The translations under genes and the position numbers were made by a program. Below are positions 1-11,947 of a DNA stretch of 64,000 bases, one piece after another. Every line of letters begins with the position of its first letter. The stretch's first letter is position 1. The DNA lies in assembly GCA_902556205.1 (NCBI GenBank), contig CACDVH010000005.1:9091-73090 (forward strand). Direction: 5' to 3'. The notes under the pieces are model-generated. The model did no database searches. It had not been told where the DNA came from and saw nothing but the letters and a program-made list of their open reading frames with translations. The stretch comes from an uncultured Gammaproteobacteria bacterium (GTDB taxonomy: Bacteria; Pseudomonadota; Gammaproteobacteria; PS1; Pseudothioglobaceae).

Positions 1-89
1 AATGCCTGCATCACAGCCGAACTTTTTCGTCCCTCAGGGTATTTAGAAACCCAGAAATCAATCTCTTTTTTTGCTTCATTTGAAATCAT
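1..89 (-). CDS. nuoE: NADH-quinone oxidoreductase subunit E, N-terminal fragment (gene continues past the window start)
   Basis: Minus-strand ATG at 89-87 overlaps the nuoD stop (ATGA). Translation [29 protein letters not shown]... resembles NuoE N-termini. Expected position after nuoD. Confidence 0.7.
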   Translation of the reverse strand, partial: MISNEAKKEIDFWVSKYPEGRKSSAVMQA

Positions 90-1339
90 CTATCAACCTC
101 ACCAAAAACAATATCTTGAGAACCAATGATGGTTACTACATCAGATAACATATGCCCCTTTGCCATTTCGTCCATTGCCGCAAGATGGGCAAAGCCTGGT
201 GCCCTAATTTTTACTCTATACGGCTTATTTGCCCCATCGGAAACTAGATACACTCCAAACTCACCCTTTGGAGCCTCGACTGCTGTATAACTCTCCCCCT
301 CAGGCAAACAGTAGCCTTCAGTAAATAATTTAAAGTGATGAATGAGTGATTCCATATCACCCTTCATATCTTCACGATCTGGAGGGGTCACTTTATGATC
401 ATCTGACATGACAGGGCCAGGATTTTCTTTAAGCCAGGCCACACATTGATTAATTATGTGGGTTGATTGACGCATCTCCTCCATGCGAACTAAGTAACGA
501 TCATAGCAATCCCCAGTCACTCCGACAGGAATCTCAAAATCAAGCTTATCATAGACTGAATAGGGCTCATTTTTGCGAATATCCCATTCGATTCCAGACC
601 CTCTTAACATAGCGCCAGTAAATCCAAGCTGCATGGCTCTCTCTGGAGAGACAATTGCAATATTGACAAGTCTTTGTTTCCAGATTCTGTTGTCAGTTAA
701 AAGATCAGAATACTGTTGGATACTTTTTGGAAAATTTTTTGCGAAATCATCAATAAAGTCAAGAAGTGAACCTTGTCGATTTTCATTAATTTCTTCGAGT
801 TTTTCTTTCGATCTTAATTTAGACTCCAGATACTGAGGCATCTTATCTGGCAAGTCTCTGTATACTCCTCCTGGTCTATAATAAGTCGCATGCATTCTTG
901 AACCACTTACCGCCTCATAGCAATCGATTAGGCTTTCTCGTTCACGGAAAGCATACAGAAATACACTCATCGCACCGACATCTAAACCATGCGTACCGAC
1001 CCACATCAAATGATTCATGATTCTAGTGATTTCATCAAACATAACTCTGATGTATTCTGCGCGCTCAGGAACTTTAATACCTAACATTTTTTCAATGCCC
1101 ATAACATAGGCATGCTCATTACACATCATTGATACATAATCAAGACGGTCCATGTATCCTATCGATTGATTGTAGGGCTTTGATTCTGCTAATTTTTCTG
1201 TACCCCTGTGCAGTAATCCAATATGGGGGTCGGCTCTTTCAACTACTTCTCCATCTAGCTCAAGAATAAGTCTGAGAACGCCGTGTGCAGCAGGATGTTG
1301 TGGCCCAAAGTTAAGAGTGTAGTTTTTCATTTCAGACAT
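86..1339 (-). CDS. nuoD: NADH-quinone oxidoreductase subunit D (49-kDa subunit)
   Basis: 417-aa ORF with hallmark N-terminus [15 protein letters not shown] and C-terminus [11 protein letters not shown]. Sits in nuoA-B-C-D order. Confidence 0.97.
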   Translation of the reverse strand: MSEMKNYTLNFGPQHPAAHGVLRLILELDGEVVERADPHIGLLHRGTEKLAESKPYNQSIGYMDRLDYVSMMCNEHAYVMGIEKMLGIKVPERAEYIRVMFDEITRIMNHLMWVGTHGLDVGAMSVFLYAFRERESLIDCYEAVSGSRMHATYYRPGGVYRDLPDKMPQYLESKLRSKEKLEEINENRQGSLLDFIDDFAKNFPKSIQQYSDLLTDNRIWKQRLVNIAIVSPERAMQLGFTGAMLRGSGIEWDIRKNEPYSVYDKLDFEIPVGVTGDCYDRYLVRMEEMRQSTHIINQCVAWLKENPGPVMSDDHKVTPPDREDMKGDMESLIHHFKLFTEGYCLPEGESYTAVEAPKGEFGVYLVSDGANKPYRVKIRAPGFAHLAAMDEMAKGHMLSDVVTIIGSQDIVFGEVDR

Positions 1340-1341
1340 AT

Positions 1342-1956
1342 TTACTTCCTTATCACTCTTGGAACGTTCACGTTAGGTTCGATACTAACTGGCTCATAAA
1401 CCACTCTTCCTAACTCCTCGTCATAGCGCATTTCAACTTCACCAATCATTGGGAAATCTTTTCTTAGGGGGTGACCAACAAAACCATAATCTGTCAATAT
1501 CCTTCTTAGGTCATTGTGGTTTTCAAATAATATTCCGAAAAGGTCAAATGCCTCTCTTTCAAACCAGTCAGCACAGTTCCAAATCTTAGTGACCGATTGA
1601 ATCATCAAGTTCTCAGACGAGAGAAGAGCCTTTACTCGTAATCTCTGGTTATTTGAAACCGAAAGTATGTGGTAGACAACGCCAAAACGCTGATCTTTTT
1701 GGCTAGTCGATTTTTGTGCTTGTCGGGCTCTGCCAAATCCAGACGAGCTGGCATTACCATTCCAGTCAGACTCACCATAGGTTAAATAATCAATCCCGCA
1801 CAGATCCATCAATATTTCGAATTGAAACTCATCTTTCAACTTCTGGCAAACCTCAATAACATCTTCACTATTAATAGTAAGTGTGAGCTCGTTCAATGAT
1901 TCACTCACATTTTTTTTGCCGAAGGCTTTGGATAATTTTTGCTTTAGTTCTTTCAT
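1342..1956 (-). CDS. nuoC: NADH-quinone oxidoreductase subunit C (30-kDa subunit), not fused to NuoD
   Basis: 204 aa. Contains [14 protein letters not shown] and GHPLRKDFP motifs typical of NuoC. Lies between nuoB and nuoD with 2-3 nt gaps. Confidence 0.95.
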   Translation of the reverse strand: MKELKQKLSKAFGKKNVSESLNELTLTINSEDVIEVCQKLKDEFQFEILMDLCGIDYLTYGESDWNGNASSSGFGRARQAQKSTSQKDQRFGVVYHILSVSNNQRLRVKALLSSENLMIQSVTKIWNCADWFEREAFDLFGILFENHNDLRRILTDYGFVGHPLRKDFPMIGEVEMRYDEELGRVVYEPVSIEPNVNVPRVIRK

Positions 1957-1959
1957 GTT

Positions 1960-2439
1960 TTAGGTTCGAGCAATTGTATTAGTTCTTCGAATTTTGTCCT
2001 GTAACTGAAGAATTCCATAAAGAAGTGCTTCAGCTGTTGGCGGACAGCCTGGGACATAAACATCAACTGGAACAATTCGATCACAACCTCTGACCACTGC
2101 ATAAGAGTAGTGGTAATAACCCCCTCCATTTGCACAAGAGCCCATAGACAAAACATACTTTGGCTCTGGCATCTGGTCATAAACCTTTCTAAGAGCAGGA
2201 GCCATTTTGTTTGTTAAGGTGCCGGCAACAATCATCAAGTCGGATTGGCGAGGTGTGGGTCTAAAAACTATACCAAAACGATCGAGGTCGTACCTAGATG
2301 ATCCAGCCTCCATCATCTCAACAGCACAGCAAGCAAGTCCAAAAGTCATCGGCCAGAGAGATCCTGTTCTTGCCCAGTTAATCACCTTGTCTAAAGAGGT
2401 TGTGACAAAGCCTTCTTTCATTAAGCCTTCAATAGCCAT
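1960..2439 (-). CDS. nuoB: NADH-quinone oxidoreductase subunit B (N2 Fe-S subunit)
   Basis: 159 aa. Contains [24 protein letters not shown] and VPGCPP cluster-ligand motifs. Confidence 0.97.
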   Translation of the reverse strand: MAIEGLMKEGFVTTSLDKVINWARTGSLWPMTFGLACCAVEMMEAGSSRYDLDRFGIVFRPTPRQSDLMIVAGTLTNKMAPALRKVYDQMPEPKYVLSMGSCANGGGYYHYSYAVVRGCDRIVPVDVYVPGCPPTAEALLYGILQLQDKIRRTNTIART

Positions 2440-2451
2440 ACTGACTCCTTA

Positions 2452-2808
2452 TTATTCCCACTCTAAAGCCCCTTTTTTCCACTCAAAAATAAATCCAACT
2501 ACCAGAAGTAGTAAAAATATAGACATTGAAATAAAACCAAACCATCCTAGCTCAGCCTGAACGACTGCCCAAGGAATAAAAAAAGCGACTTCAAGATCAA
2601 AAAGGACAAACAAAATCGCAACAAGGTAATAGCGAATGTTAAAGTGCATACGTGAATCATCAAAAGCTGGAAATCCACACTCGAATTGTGAGTTTTTTTC
2701 ATCACTCGGGTCGCTAGGACCGAGGAGATAGCCAACGACTGTAAGGCCCACTCCAAAGGCAATTCCTAGGAAAATAAATACGATAATTGGTAAATAATTT
2801 TCGAGCAT
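2452..2808 (-). CDS. nuoA: NADH-quinone oxidoreductase subunit A
   Basis: 118-aa protein with three TM segments. Contains YECGF-like motif (FECGFPAF) and FDLEVAF. First gene of the nuo array. Confidence 0.93.
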   Translation of the reverse strand: MLENYLPIIVFIFLGIAFGVGLTVVGYLLGPSDPSDEKNSQFECGFPAFDDSRMHFNIRYYLVAILFVLFDLEVAFFIPWAVVQAELGWFGFISMSIFLLLLVVGFIFEWKKGALEWE

Positions 2809-2901
2809 TGTTTATCCTCACTTAAACAGCGCAATATTATAACAAGATTATCGGAAAACAGCCAGTTAAAAAGTACTTAATTTAAGGCAAAAGGTAGTAA
2901 A

Positions 2902-4320
2902 TTAGAGCTGGGTTCCGCCTACAGTCAAGGTGTCAACTTTGAGGCTTGGTTGCCCAACACCAACAGGCACACTTTGGCCATCTTTACCGCAAACACCGAT
3001 ACCAGGGTCTAGTTTAAGATCATCGCCCACCATTGAAATCTGATGTAGCACCTCATCGCCAGATCCAATAAGAGTGGCGCCCTTGATTGGGGTTGTAATT
3101 TTTCCATTTTTGACCAGATACGCTTCATTTGCTGAAAATACAAACTTTCCAGAAGTAATATCAACTTGGCCACCATCAAAATTTTTGGCATAAATTCCAT
3201 CCTCAACAGATGAAATCATATCCTCAAATTTATCTTCTCCATTGAGCATATAGGTATTAGTCATTCGAGGCATAGGAATATGTGCATAGGATTCACGCCT
3301 ACCATTTCCAGTACTCGGTTTATTCATAAGCCGACCATTCATTTTGTCCATCATGTAGCCCTTGAGTAATCCATTTTCGATTAGGGTTGTCTCCTGAGTT
3401 GGAGTGCCTTCATCATCAATGGTTAAACTACCTCGGCGATTTTCTATAGTCCCGTTATCAACTATGGTGCACTTTTCGCTCGCAACTTTTTCACCAATTC
3501 TTCCACTAAAAACAGAGCTTCCTTTTCGATTAAAATCCCCCTCAAGTCCATGTCCAATTGCTTCGTGTAAGAGCACACCAGGCCATCCAGAGCCAAGTAT
3601 GACTGGCATTTTCCCAGCAGGTGCATCTTTAGATTCGAGCGCCACCAAAGCTAATCGAATAGCTTCTTTAGTGTAAGTTTCAGCCAGTGAGTTTTTTGCA
3701 AAATAACTGTAGTCATATCTTCCTCCACCTCCAGTTGAGGCCTGCTCGATCCTTCCATTATGTTCGACTACAACTGAAACATTGACTCTAACCATGGGTC
3801 TACAATCAACTTGATAAATGCCATCGGTAGAAGCTATCAATACTTCTGTATATGCGCCCGAGAGAGAAGCGTTGACTTGAACAACTTTTGGCTCCTTTCT
3901 TGCTAAAGAATCAATCTGCCTCAACAAATCAACTTTTTGTTTAGACTTTAAACTGTCAAGAGGGCTAATGGGAGCATATTTAGCTGAGTAATTAGTGCTT
4001 TTCAATATTTTTGGCGTCGTAATTGATTTATTATTTGAAATACCTTTTGCAAAATCAACAGCCGCTTTAATCGCCTTAAGATTAAGATCATCAGAGTAAG
4101 AAAAACCTGTTTGATCACCAGACACACATCTTGCTCCTACGCCATGAGTAATATTATATGAGCCATCTTTAACAATCCCTTCGTCAAGAACCCATGACTC
4201 AGCAATTGAGTGTTGGAAAAATAAATCAGAATAATCTGAGCCATTTTCTGACATGGAGCTCAGCAACTTAAAAACTTCAGTTTCATTAATTTTGTGATCA
4301 TTGAGTAATTGATTAATCAT
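2902..4320 (-). CDS. tldD: Metalloprotease TldD
   Basis: 472 aa. Contains HEAIGHGLEGDFNRKG (HExxxH) and the C-terminal PmbA/TldD fold sequence GQPSLKVDTLTVGG. ATGA overlap with the upstream yhdP-like gene, the same adjacency as E. coli yhdP-tldD. Confidence 0.93.
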   Translation of the reverse strand: MINQLLNDHKINETEVFKLLSSMSENGSDYSDLFFQHSIAESWVLDEGIVKDGSYNITHGVGARCVSGDQTGFSYSDDLNLKAIKAAVDFAKGISNNKSITTPKILKSTNYSAKYAPISPLDSLKSKQKVDLLRQIDSLARKEPKVVQVNASLSGAYTEVLIASTDGIYQVDCRPMVRVNVSVVVEHNGRIEQASTGGGGRYDYSYFAKNSLAETYTKEAIRLALVALESKDAPAGKMPVILGSGWPGVLLHEAIGHGLEGDFNRKGSSVFSGRIGEKVASEKCTIVDNGTIENRRGSLTIDDEGTPTQETTLIENGLLKGYMMDKMNGRLMNKPSTGNGRRESYAHIPMPRMTNTYMLNGEDKFEDMISSVEDGIYAKNFDGGQVDITSGKFVFSANEAYLVKNGKITTPIKGATLIGSGDEVLHQISMVGDDLKLDPGIGVCGKDGQSVPVGVGQPSLKVDTLTVGGTQL

Positions 4321-6833
4321 AAAACTTTAACTCCGTCTAATTGTTCAATAATTGGCTCAGACCATGGTCCAGAAATAATAAAGGTAACTTCAATCGCATT
4401 ATCTAGAAGTCCACTAATCACTTCACCACCAAAAAGCATCTTATCTGCGGCCCAAACACCCAGTCCAGCAAGACCGCCTCCAGCTAAATATGTGGCCAAA
4501 GGAATTGTGTCAGCTAGAGCAGGCTGAACGTTTGCTGCTAAATTATAATCTCTTTTTAATACGTCAACACTCCCAGTCAACTCAATATCACTCTCCTCAC
4601 TTTCAACTAAAAAATACTCCACCTTTGCAACTCCTTTATTAAAAAGTAATTTAGCGTTGATATGGTCATAGACGTAACCTTGCTCTCTGAGTTCATTTCT
4701 AGAAAGTCTCAGTCTATTGGCAATTGATTCTAGATTAATATATGAGAGTAGTTTGAAAAGGTTAGGGTCTTGATTGGTAAATACCCCTTCTGCGACATCT
4801 GCCTGCATATATCCTGTTATTTTTTCTAAAGAGACTTCCCATGGCTGGCAATCACAGTAGAGCCTCAAGTCAACATTAAAACCTCCTCCAATGACAGGCT
4901 CATCAACACCAAATTTATCTAAGAAGCTTGACAAGTTATCATTTGATGCTTTGGCCCTTAGTGCCGTTTTCCCATTCAGCCAGCTCCCATTAAACACCAG
5001 ATCCTCATCACTAAGTCCGATATTTTCAAATACTAGATTTTTAATTTCCATAACATAATCTAGGTTTATCAGATCAGCTTCAAAATTAGGGATGTCTTGG
5101 TCATTTACCTTTAGGTTTCTTGCTGTTAAATGAAAACTTGGAAAGATTTTTGGAGATAGCTCCCATTTATCAATGCTATCCAGGCTCGTTAAATTCAGGT
5201 CATCAATTGTAACTGTGTATTTCCCATCATCATCTGTCAAAATACCGACTTTAGCATTCAGATTTTCTGAACTAATTACACCACTCCATTGATCATTTAA
5301 ATTTTTACTAATGTAGGCATCAGTTGCAGTTTCTAAATGACTTAATTTGACTCTTAGCCCTGACTTTTCATTAATCCAATCCTTTGGGTTTAGTGAAATT
5401 TGAAACAGCTCTTCACCAATAATGCCTCTACCTTTTGTTCTAACTAGTCCTCCACTGTATGAGATCTGGGAATTAAACTCATCTACCTTAAGTTTTCCAC
5501 CTAAAACACTTAATGAATTATCCGATGCGAACATGTCAAAACTCAAATTAAGCTTTTGATTATTATCTCTTTGGATAGGAACTACCATGTTGACATTGCC
5601 CCAAAGCTTACCCTTCAATTCAAACTCCTCAAGATAGGCCTTAATTTTTTCAGAAACAGAGGATTTCTTGATAAAGTCTTCGATTATTAAGCTCTCGGAG
5701 TTAAATCTTGCGTTCAGCGACAAAGTCGAATCTGGCTGATTAAAGTCTCTTGTGGTAATGCTTAAATAACTTAAATCAATACCTTCAACGCTAGCTTGAT
5801 TTCCAACAATCTTAAGGTAATCATTCGAAAAATTAACTTTAGCATTGATGTTTTCAATAGAGGGCCATTTTGGGTCAGCAGTGATTGTGGCGCCATTTAG
5901 ATTTGCAGAAAACTTAGTATTTGGTGACTCTATCTCTCCCGACATATTAAAGCGAGTTGTGAGCATGATATCTGTAAGTGAGCCCTCTGTTAGGACGCCC
6001 TCTATCCATTGGACAGCCCTCGAATCTCCCAACGATTCAGGAATATTTTGACTAATCTTTGTGACCTCAATTTGGTCAATATAACTCTCAAAATCAAGAA
6101 AAACCTGGTCCTGTTGATTGAAGATTTTGACCTGTGCTGAAAGATTAAAATCCTCATTATTGATTGAAAAAGGTATAACAGCTACCCGCTCTTCTCTTGC
6201 TTTAGCAACATCAATGCTCGTATTAATTCTTACCGAACTGCCAAGTTTAGGGACTTGAGAGCTACTAAAGATTGACTCGTCCCTCATAGATAAACTAATT
6301 TTTTGCTCATTTCTTTTAAGCTCCAATGGAGCTAGATCTAAGGATTGCTCTCCAATTAGCTTTGTTCGATTAATTGAGAGAGACTTTAAAGCAAGTAATC
6401 CTGAAATGCCAATGTTGGATAACACTCCATCAGTATTAATAATTCCTACATAGTCATCGACATAGGATGTATCAATTAATAACTCATTGATATCCAGATG
6501 ACCCGGTATTTCAATGCCCTCATAAAGAGCTTTCAGATCCACATTCCACCTTAATACATCTATTTTTGCAATTGGTTTGAGTCCATCAGCACTAATTTGA
6601 AGGTCCTTGACAGCTAATAAAAGTTCATTCTCTTGAAACTCGAGTGATATTTTTTCGATACTTATGTCTAGTCCACTGAGCTGAGAGAGTCGATTTTCAA
6701 TTTGTCCTTTTATGGTTTGAGGAAACAAAATAAAAAAAGCAACTACCGCCAATAGAACTAGCGCTATCAATGCAGTAACCCAAGTACTAATCTTTAAAAT
6801 ATTGAGACTTTTGAGGAGGGTTTTTTTTAACAT
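4317..6833 (-). CDS. YhdP-like AsmA-family envelope protein (short form, 838 aa)
   Basis: N-terminal signal-anchor TM (STWVTALIALVLLAVVAFFILF), then a long beta-rich, repeat-like body and a hydrophobic AsmA_2-like C-terminus (LAGGGLAGLGVWAADKMLFGGEV). Conserved position upstream of tldD. Confidence 0.7.
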   Translation of the reverse strand: MLKKTLLKSLNILKISTWVTALIALVLLAVVAFFILFPQTIKGQIENRLSQLSGLDISIEKISLEFQENELLLAVKDLQISADGLKPIAKIDVLRWNVDLKALYEGIEIPGHLDINELLIDTSYVDDYVGIINTDGVLSNIGISGLLALKSLSINRTKLIGEQSLDLAPLELKRNEQKISLSMRDESIFSSSQVPKLGSSVRINTSIDVAKAREERVAVIPFSINNEDFNLSAQVKIFNQQDQVFLDFESYIDQIEVTKISQNIPESLGDSRAVQWIEGVLTEGSLTDIMLTTRFNMSGEIESPNTKFSANLNGATITADPKWPSIENINAKVNFSNDYLKIVGNQASVEGIDLSYLSITTRDFNQPDSTLSLNARFNSESLIIEDFIKKSSVSEKIKAYLEEFELKGKLWGNVNMVVPIQRDNNQKLNLSFDMFASDNSLSVLGGKLKVDEFNSQISYSGGLVRTKGRGIIGEELFQISLNPKDWINEKSGLRVKLSHLETATDAYISKNLNDQWSGVISSENLNAKVGILTDDDGKYTVTIDDLNLTSLDSIDKWELSPKIFPSFHLTARNLKVNDQDIPNFEADLINLDYVMEIKNLVFENIGLSDEDLVFNGSWLNGKTALRAKASNDNLSSFLDKFGVDEPVIGGGFNVDLRLYCDCQPWEVSLEKITGYMQADVAEGVFTNQDPNLFKLLSYINLESIANRLRLSRNELREQGYVYDHINAKLLFNKGVAKVEYFLVESEESDIELTGSVDVLKRDYNLAANVQPALADTIPLATYLAGGGLAGLGVWAADKMLFGGEVISGLLDNAIEVTFIISGPWSEPIIEQLDGVKVL

Positions 6834-6871
6834 ATTTTTGTTGCAATCAACTGCAAGTCATTATAACCAAA

Positions 6872-6879
6872 TGTATAAT
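6872..6879 (+). promoter_or_regulatory. Putative extended -10 element (TGTATAAT) for the cytochrome c5 gene
   Basis: TGTATAAT lies 36 nt upstream of the ATG at 6915, in the 81-bp divergent intergenic region. Only a weak -35 (CTGCAA, 17-nt spacer). AAGGGAAG RBS at 6902-6909. Confidence 0.3.
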
Positions 6880-6914
6880 ATTGCGGAATTTAATCTAATC
6901 TAAGGGAAGATGTA

Positions 6915-7376
6915 ATGAGTCAAGGCACAACAACTTCAACAAAATTAATGCTAATCGTTTGGGCGCTTGCCATGATTTTTATCGGCTATAAGTCACTAAG
7001 CTCTTATAGTGATGATTCATCTCATAGTGAGATGATGGTTGATAAGGGTGTTCTTGAGAGGATTAAACCTATTGGAGAAGTGCGAATTGACTCAAGCACT
7101 ATGGTTGCATCTGCTGATAACACCGAAACCGCTGAGCGATCAGGAGAAGAGATTTATAATGGTAAATGTGCTGGCTGCCACACTTCTGGAATCATGGGTG
7201 CACCGAAATATGCATCCTTAGCAGACTGGACATCAAGAATTGACCTTGGCCTGGATAAACTAACTGCCTCAGCAATTGCAGGTAAGGGAGGTATGCCAGC
7301 TAGAGGAACTTGCATGGATTGTTCTGATAATGATATCAAGGTGACTGTTCAATATATGTTGGACAGCCTAGAATAA
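6915..7376 (+). CDS. Membrane-anchored monoheme cytochrome c5-type protein
   Basis: 153 aa. N-terminal TM (LMLIVWALAMIFIGY). Heme site CAGCH followed by GIMGAPK, and a C-terminal GGMPARG...C..C pattern typical of c5. Confidence 0.85.
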   Translation: MSQGTTTSTKLMLIVWALAMIFIGYKSLSSYSDDSSHSEMMVDKGVLERIKPIGEVRIDSSTMVASADNTETAERSGEEIYNGKCAGCHTSGIMGAPKYASLADWTSRIDLGLDKLTASAIAGKGGMPARGTCMDCSDNDIKVTVQYMLDSLE

Positions 7377-7385
7377 AATAGCTTA

Positions 7386-7874
7386 TTAACCTAAAGGCTG
7401 GAAGACGCCCAAGTCTCTATTTTTTTCTACATCAACCCACGGTAAAACCCTTCCATTCATTGCTATATAGACTCCTGGGTCTAATAGCTGAAGCGACCCA
7501 AGGGCGCACCCAAAATTAAATAATGCATCCGAATTATTCACTGCATAAGGGACCATGGAGCCAAACAAAACAATTGTTTTGTTGATTTCACATTCTCCTA
7601 AAATTTTAGCTGTGTCACACATGGTGTCAGTTCCGTGAGTTATTAATATCAACTCCTCATCACATTTTTCACAGCTATCTAAAATTAACTGGCGATCTGA
7701 GTCAACCATATCTAAACTATCAATAAGAAGTAGCTCTTGTGTAATGAGGTCAACTTCGATTCTAGCTCTCTTAATCATCTCTGGAAAATGCGTCTTATCA
7801 AATTCTAGTTCACCATTCGATTGGTTATAAAACTTATCAATGGTTCCGCCCGTAATCATTAGTCTTACTTTCAT
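7386..7874 (-). CDS. Stand-alone asparaginase N-terminal-domain protein
   Basis: 162 aa. Contains the L-asparaginase catalytic motifs ITGGTIDK (TGGTI) and ITHGTDTM (HGTDT). There is no C-terminal asparaginase domain. Confidence 0.7.
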   Translation of the reverse strand: MKVRLMITGGTIDKFYNQSNGELEFDKTHFPEMIKRARIEVDLITQELLLIDSLDMVDSDRQLILDSCEKCDEELILITHGTDTMCDTAKILGECEINKTIVLFGSMVPYAVNNSDALFNFGCALGSLQLLDPGVYIAMNGRVLPWVDVEKNRDLGVFQPLG

Positions 7875-7904
7875 ATATTAATCCTACCCAACTGACTTGA
7901 AATA

Positions 7905-8535
7905 CTAATTATAACTTCTCTGTCCAAAAATGTCCGTTCCCACTCTCACAAGGTTTGCACCGTGCTCAATTGCAACCTCAAGGTCCGAGGACATGCCCAT
8001 TGATAGTGAGTCAAAATTAGGATATTTGGAGATTAAATGTTTCATTTCAGCAAAACTATTTTTTGAGTTTTCTGGTCTTGGTATCGTCATAAACCCTCTC
8101 AAACAAATATTAGGAAGGCTCTCTATTTCCATGACAATCTCTTCAACATTTTGAATTTCAACTCCTGACTTGCTCTCCTCTCTATCCACATTGACCTGAA
8201 TCAAAATATTTAAGGCCCCTAAAGCGGGATTTCGTTGATCACTAAGGCGCCTTGCAACTTTAATTCTATCAACACTATGCACCCAATCAAAGTTATCCGC
8301 TATTGAGCTCGTTTTATTCGATTGGATGGGGCCTATGAAATGCCAAATCAATCCACTTCCTTTGAAAAAATTAATTTTTTCAATTGACTCTTGGAGATAG
8401 TTTTCCCCAAAATGAACTTGACCAGCATCGACAGCTTCTTGAATTTCTGCCGTTGATCTAGTTTTACTTACAGCAATTAGCTCTACCTTCTGGCTAAATT
8501 GAACTGAATCAATTCTAGATTTGACCTGTTTTAAG

Positions 8536-8549
<14 letters not shown>
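7905..8549 (-). CDS. yggS: YggS-family pyridoxal-phosphate homeostasis protein
   Basis: Contains LIAVSKTR (PLP lysine), HFGENYLQE, HFIGPIQSNK and MGMS.D motifs. Start placed at MISDNLKQVK (ATG 8549-8547) by analogy with E. coli YggS; the ORF is open to 8588. Confidence 0.9.
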
Positions 8550-10279
<1,730 letters not shown>

Positions 10280-10321
10280 CTAAGTTTACAAAACTTGCGA
10301 GTATTTTAACAGCCACCAGGC

Positions 10322-10748
10322 CTAATGACAGGCTTTACCTAATTTTTTTAATCGCCAATAGTTATAGGGCCAAGGTGTTATAAAGCCAAAAAACAATGAA
10401 ATGGGAAGTACCCAAAGAACAAATTTAGCTCCTCCAGTAAGCCAGTAATCGACCAGATTCATTGCCAGCTCCATTGAAATCATAGAAATCAAACTCATGC
10501 CCAAAGCCGTCTTAATAGCAACATTAAGTTCAATCGATTGACGCATAAGAATGAAAGTCTCTAGAATAATGCTCGTGATGATTCCATTCACCATAGCTAA
10601 TGCAAAAAATATTCAGTGTTGGCCAGCCGCTATCTTGAAGCAGGGCGATTGTTCCAAAATCACCAATAGCAGAGCCTATCAAACACCACTTGGTGTTATT
10701 GGCACTTTTTTTCCAAGTATGCTTGCATGTCCATGAAATATTATTCAT
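10322..10748 (-). pseudogene. DUF4396-family membrane protein, interrupted by a +1 frameshift in a homopolymer
   Basis: Two overlapping ORFs in different frames (10530-10748 and 10322-10594). Removing one base from the A6 run at 10604-10609 joins ...CLIGSAIGDFGTIALLQDSGWPTLNIF to ALAMVNGIITSIILETF...MELAMNLVDYW...NYWRLKKLGKACH, giving one DUF4396-like protein. Confidence 0.7.
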
Positions 10749-10813
10749 TAATGATTAAATATAGGTCTTTAGATGTGGGTATTTTATAGTTATTTCATTG
10801 AGTTAAAGATTAT

Positions 10814-11947
10814 TTATAAGAATATTGCCTGTAGATCATTCAGAAAACTGTAACCTTTTTGAGTGGGTTTTATTTTATGAGTTTTTATATCTAATAAATC
10901 TAGGTTTTCAGCTTCTCTCAATTGCTGACTTAGCAATTCAATGGGTTGGCCTGTTCTAGATTCATAAAGCTCGGGATCAAAGCCATCGAATAGCCTAAGA
11001 CTGTTCAGCATGAATTCAAATGACAAGTTTTCTACAGCTTTGATACTGGATGTTTGTTTATTTTTTCTAACTGACAATAAATAGTCTTTGGGTGACTTCG
11101 TTTTCAAAGTCCTCATGATTTCATTTGAAGCGACATCTGTAATCTTTCCATGAGCTCCAGCACCAATTCCAATGTAATCACCAAACTCCCAATAATTCAT
11201 ATTATGCTTTGATGGCAGTGCGCTATATGCTGAAACTTCATACTGATGAAAACCCTTTTTATTCAATAGTTCTGAGCCTCTTTTGCCGACCTTCCAAATG
11301 TAATCATCTGAAGGAAGACTGGGTGGGAACTTAGAGAATAACGTATTAGGCTCAAGGGTCAACTGATAAAAGGAGATATGACTTGGATTTAGAGTGATTG
11401 CAGAAGTGATATCATTCATGCATTCATCAATACTTTGTCCCTTTAAGCCATACATTAAATCAATATTTAGATTTTCAAATCCTACATTTTGAGCCTCTAC
11501 AATTGCGTTTAGTGCCTCACTGGCGCTATGAATTCTGCCAAGGAATTTTAGCTGCTTGTCATTGAAAGATTGAACTCCAATTGATAGCCTGTTAATTCCA
11601 GAATTTCTATATTCAGCAAACCTATCAACTTCAAATGTTCCTGGATTTGCCTCAAGAGTAATCTCTATATTTGATGCAAAATCTAGCCTATCATTTAAAC
11701 CAATAAACAGATCATTAACCTCCTTAACATTCATCAAACTTGGCGTTCCCCCACCAATAAAAATAGAGCTAATTTCTCTTTGCTGAACATACTTCAAATC
11801 TTCATCTAAATCTTTCAAAAGGGCTTTGATATAGCCATCTTGAACTTCACTATCATGAGAATTGAAATCACAGTATGGACATTTTTTTAAACACCATGGG
11901 TAGTGAATATAGAGCGAAAGTGGAGGTAACTGAAGTAGATTATTCAA
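10814..11947 (-). CDS. hemW: Radical SAM heme chaperone HemW (oxygen-independent coproporphyrinogen oxidase-like)
   Basis: 377 aa. Contains LYIHYPWCLKKCPYCDF (CxxxCxxC) and the HemN_C-like tail. Next to rdgB, as in E. coli yggW-rdgB. Confidence 0.9.
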   Translation of the reverse strand: MNNLLQLPPLSLYIHYPWCLKKCPYCDFNSHDSEVQDGYIKALLKDLDEDLKYVQQREISSIFIGGGTPSLMNVKEVNDLFIGLNDRLDFASNIEITLEANPGTFEVDRFAEYRNSGINRLSIGVQSFNDKQLKFLGRIHSASEALNAIVEAQNVGFENLNIDLMYGLKGQSIDECMNDITSAITLNPSHISFYQLTLEPNTLFSKFPPSLPSDDYIWKVGKRGSELLNKKGFHQYEVSAYSALPSKHNMNYWEFGDYIGIGAGAHGKITDVASNEIMRTLKTKSPKDYLLSVRKNKQTSSIKAVENLSFEFMLNSLRLFDGFDPELYESRTGQPIELLSQQLREAENLDLLDIKTHKIKPTQKGYSFLNDLQAIFL

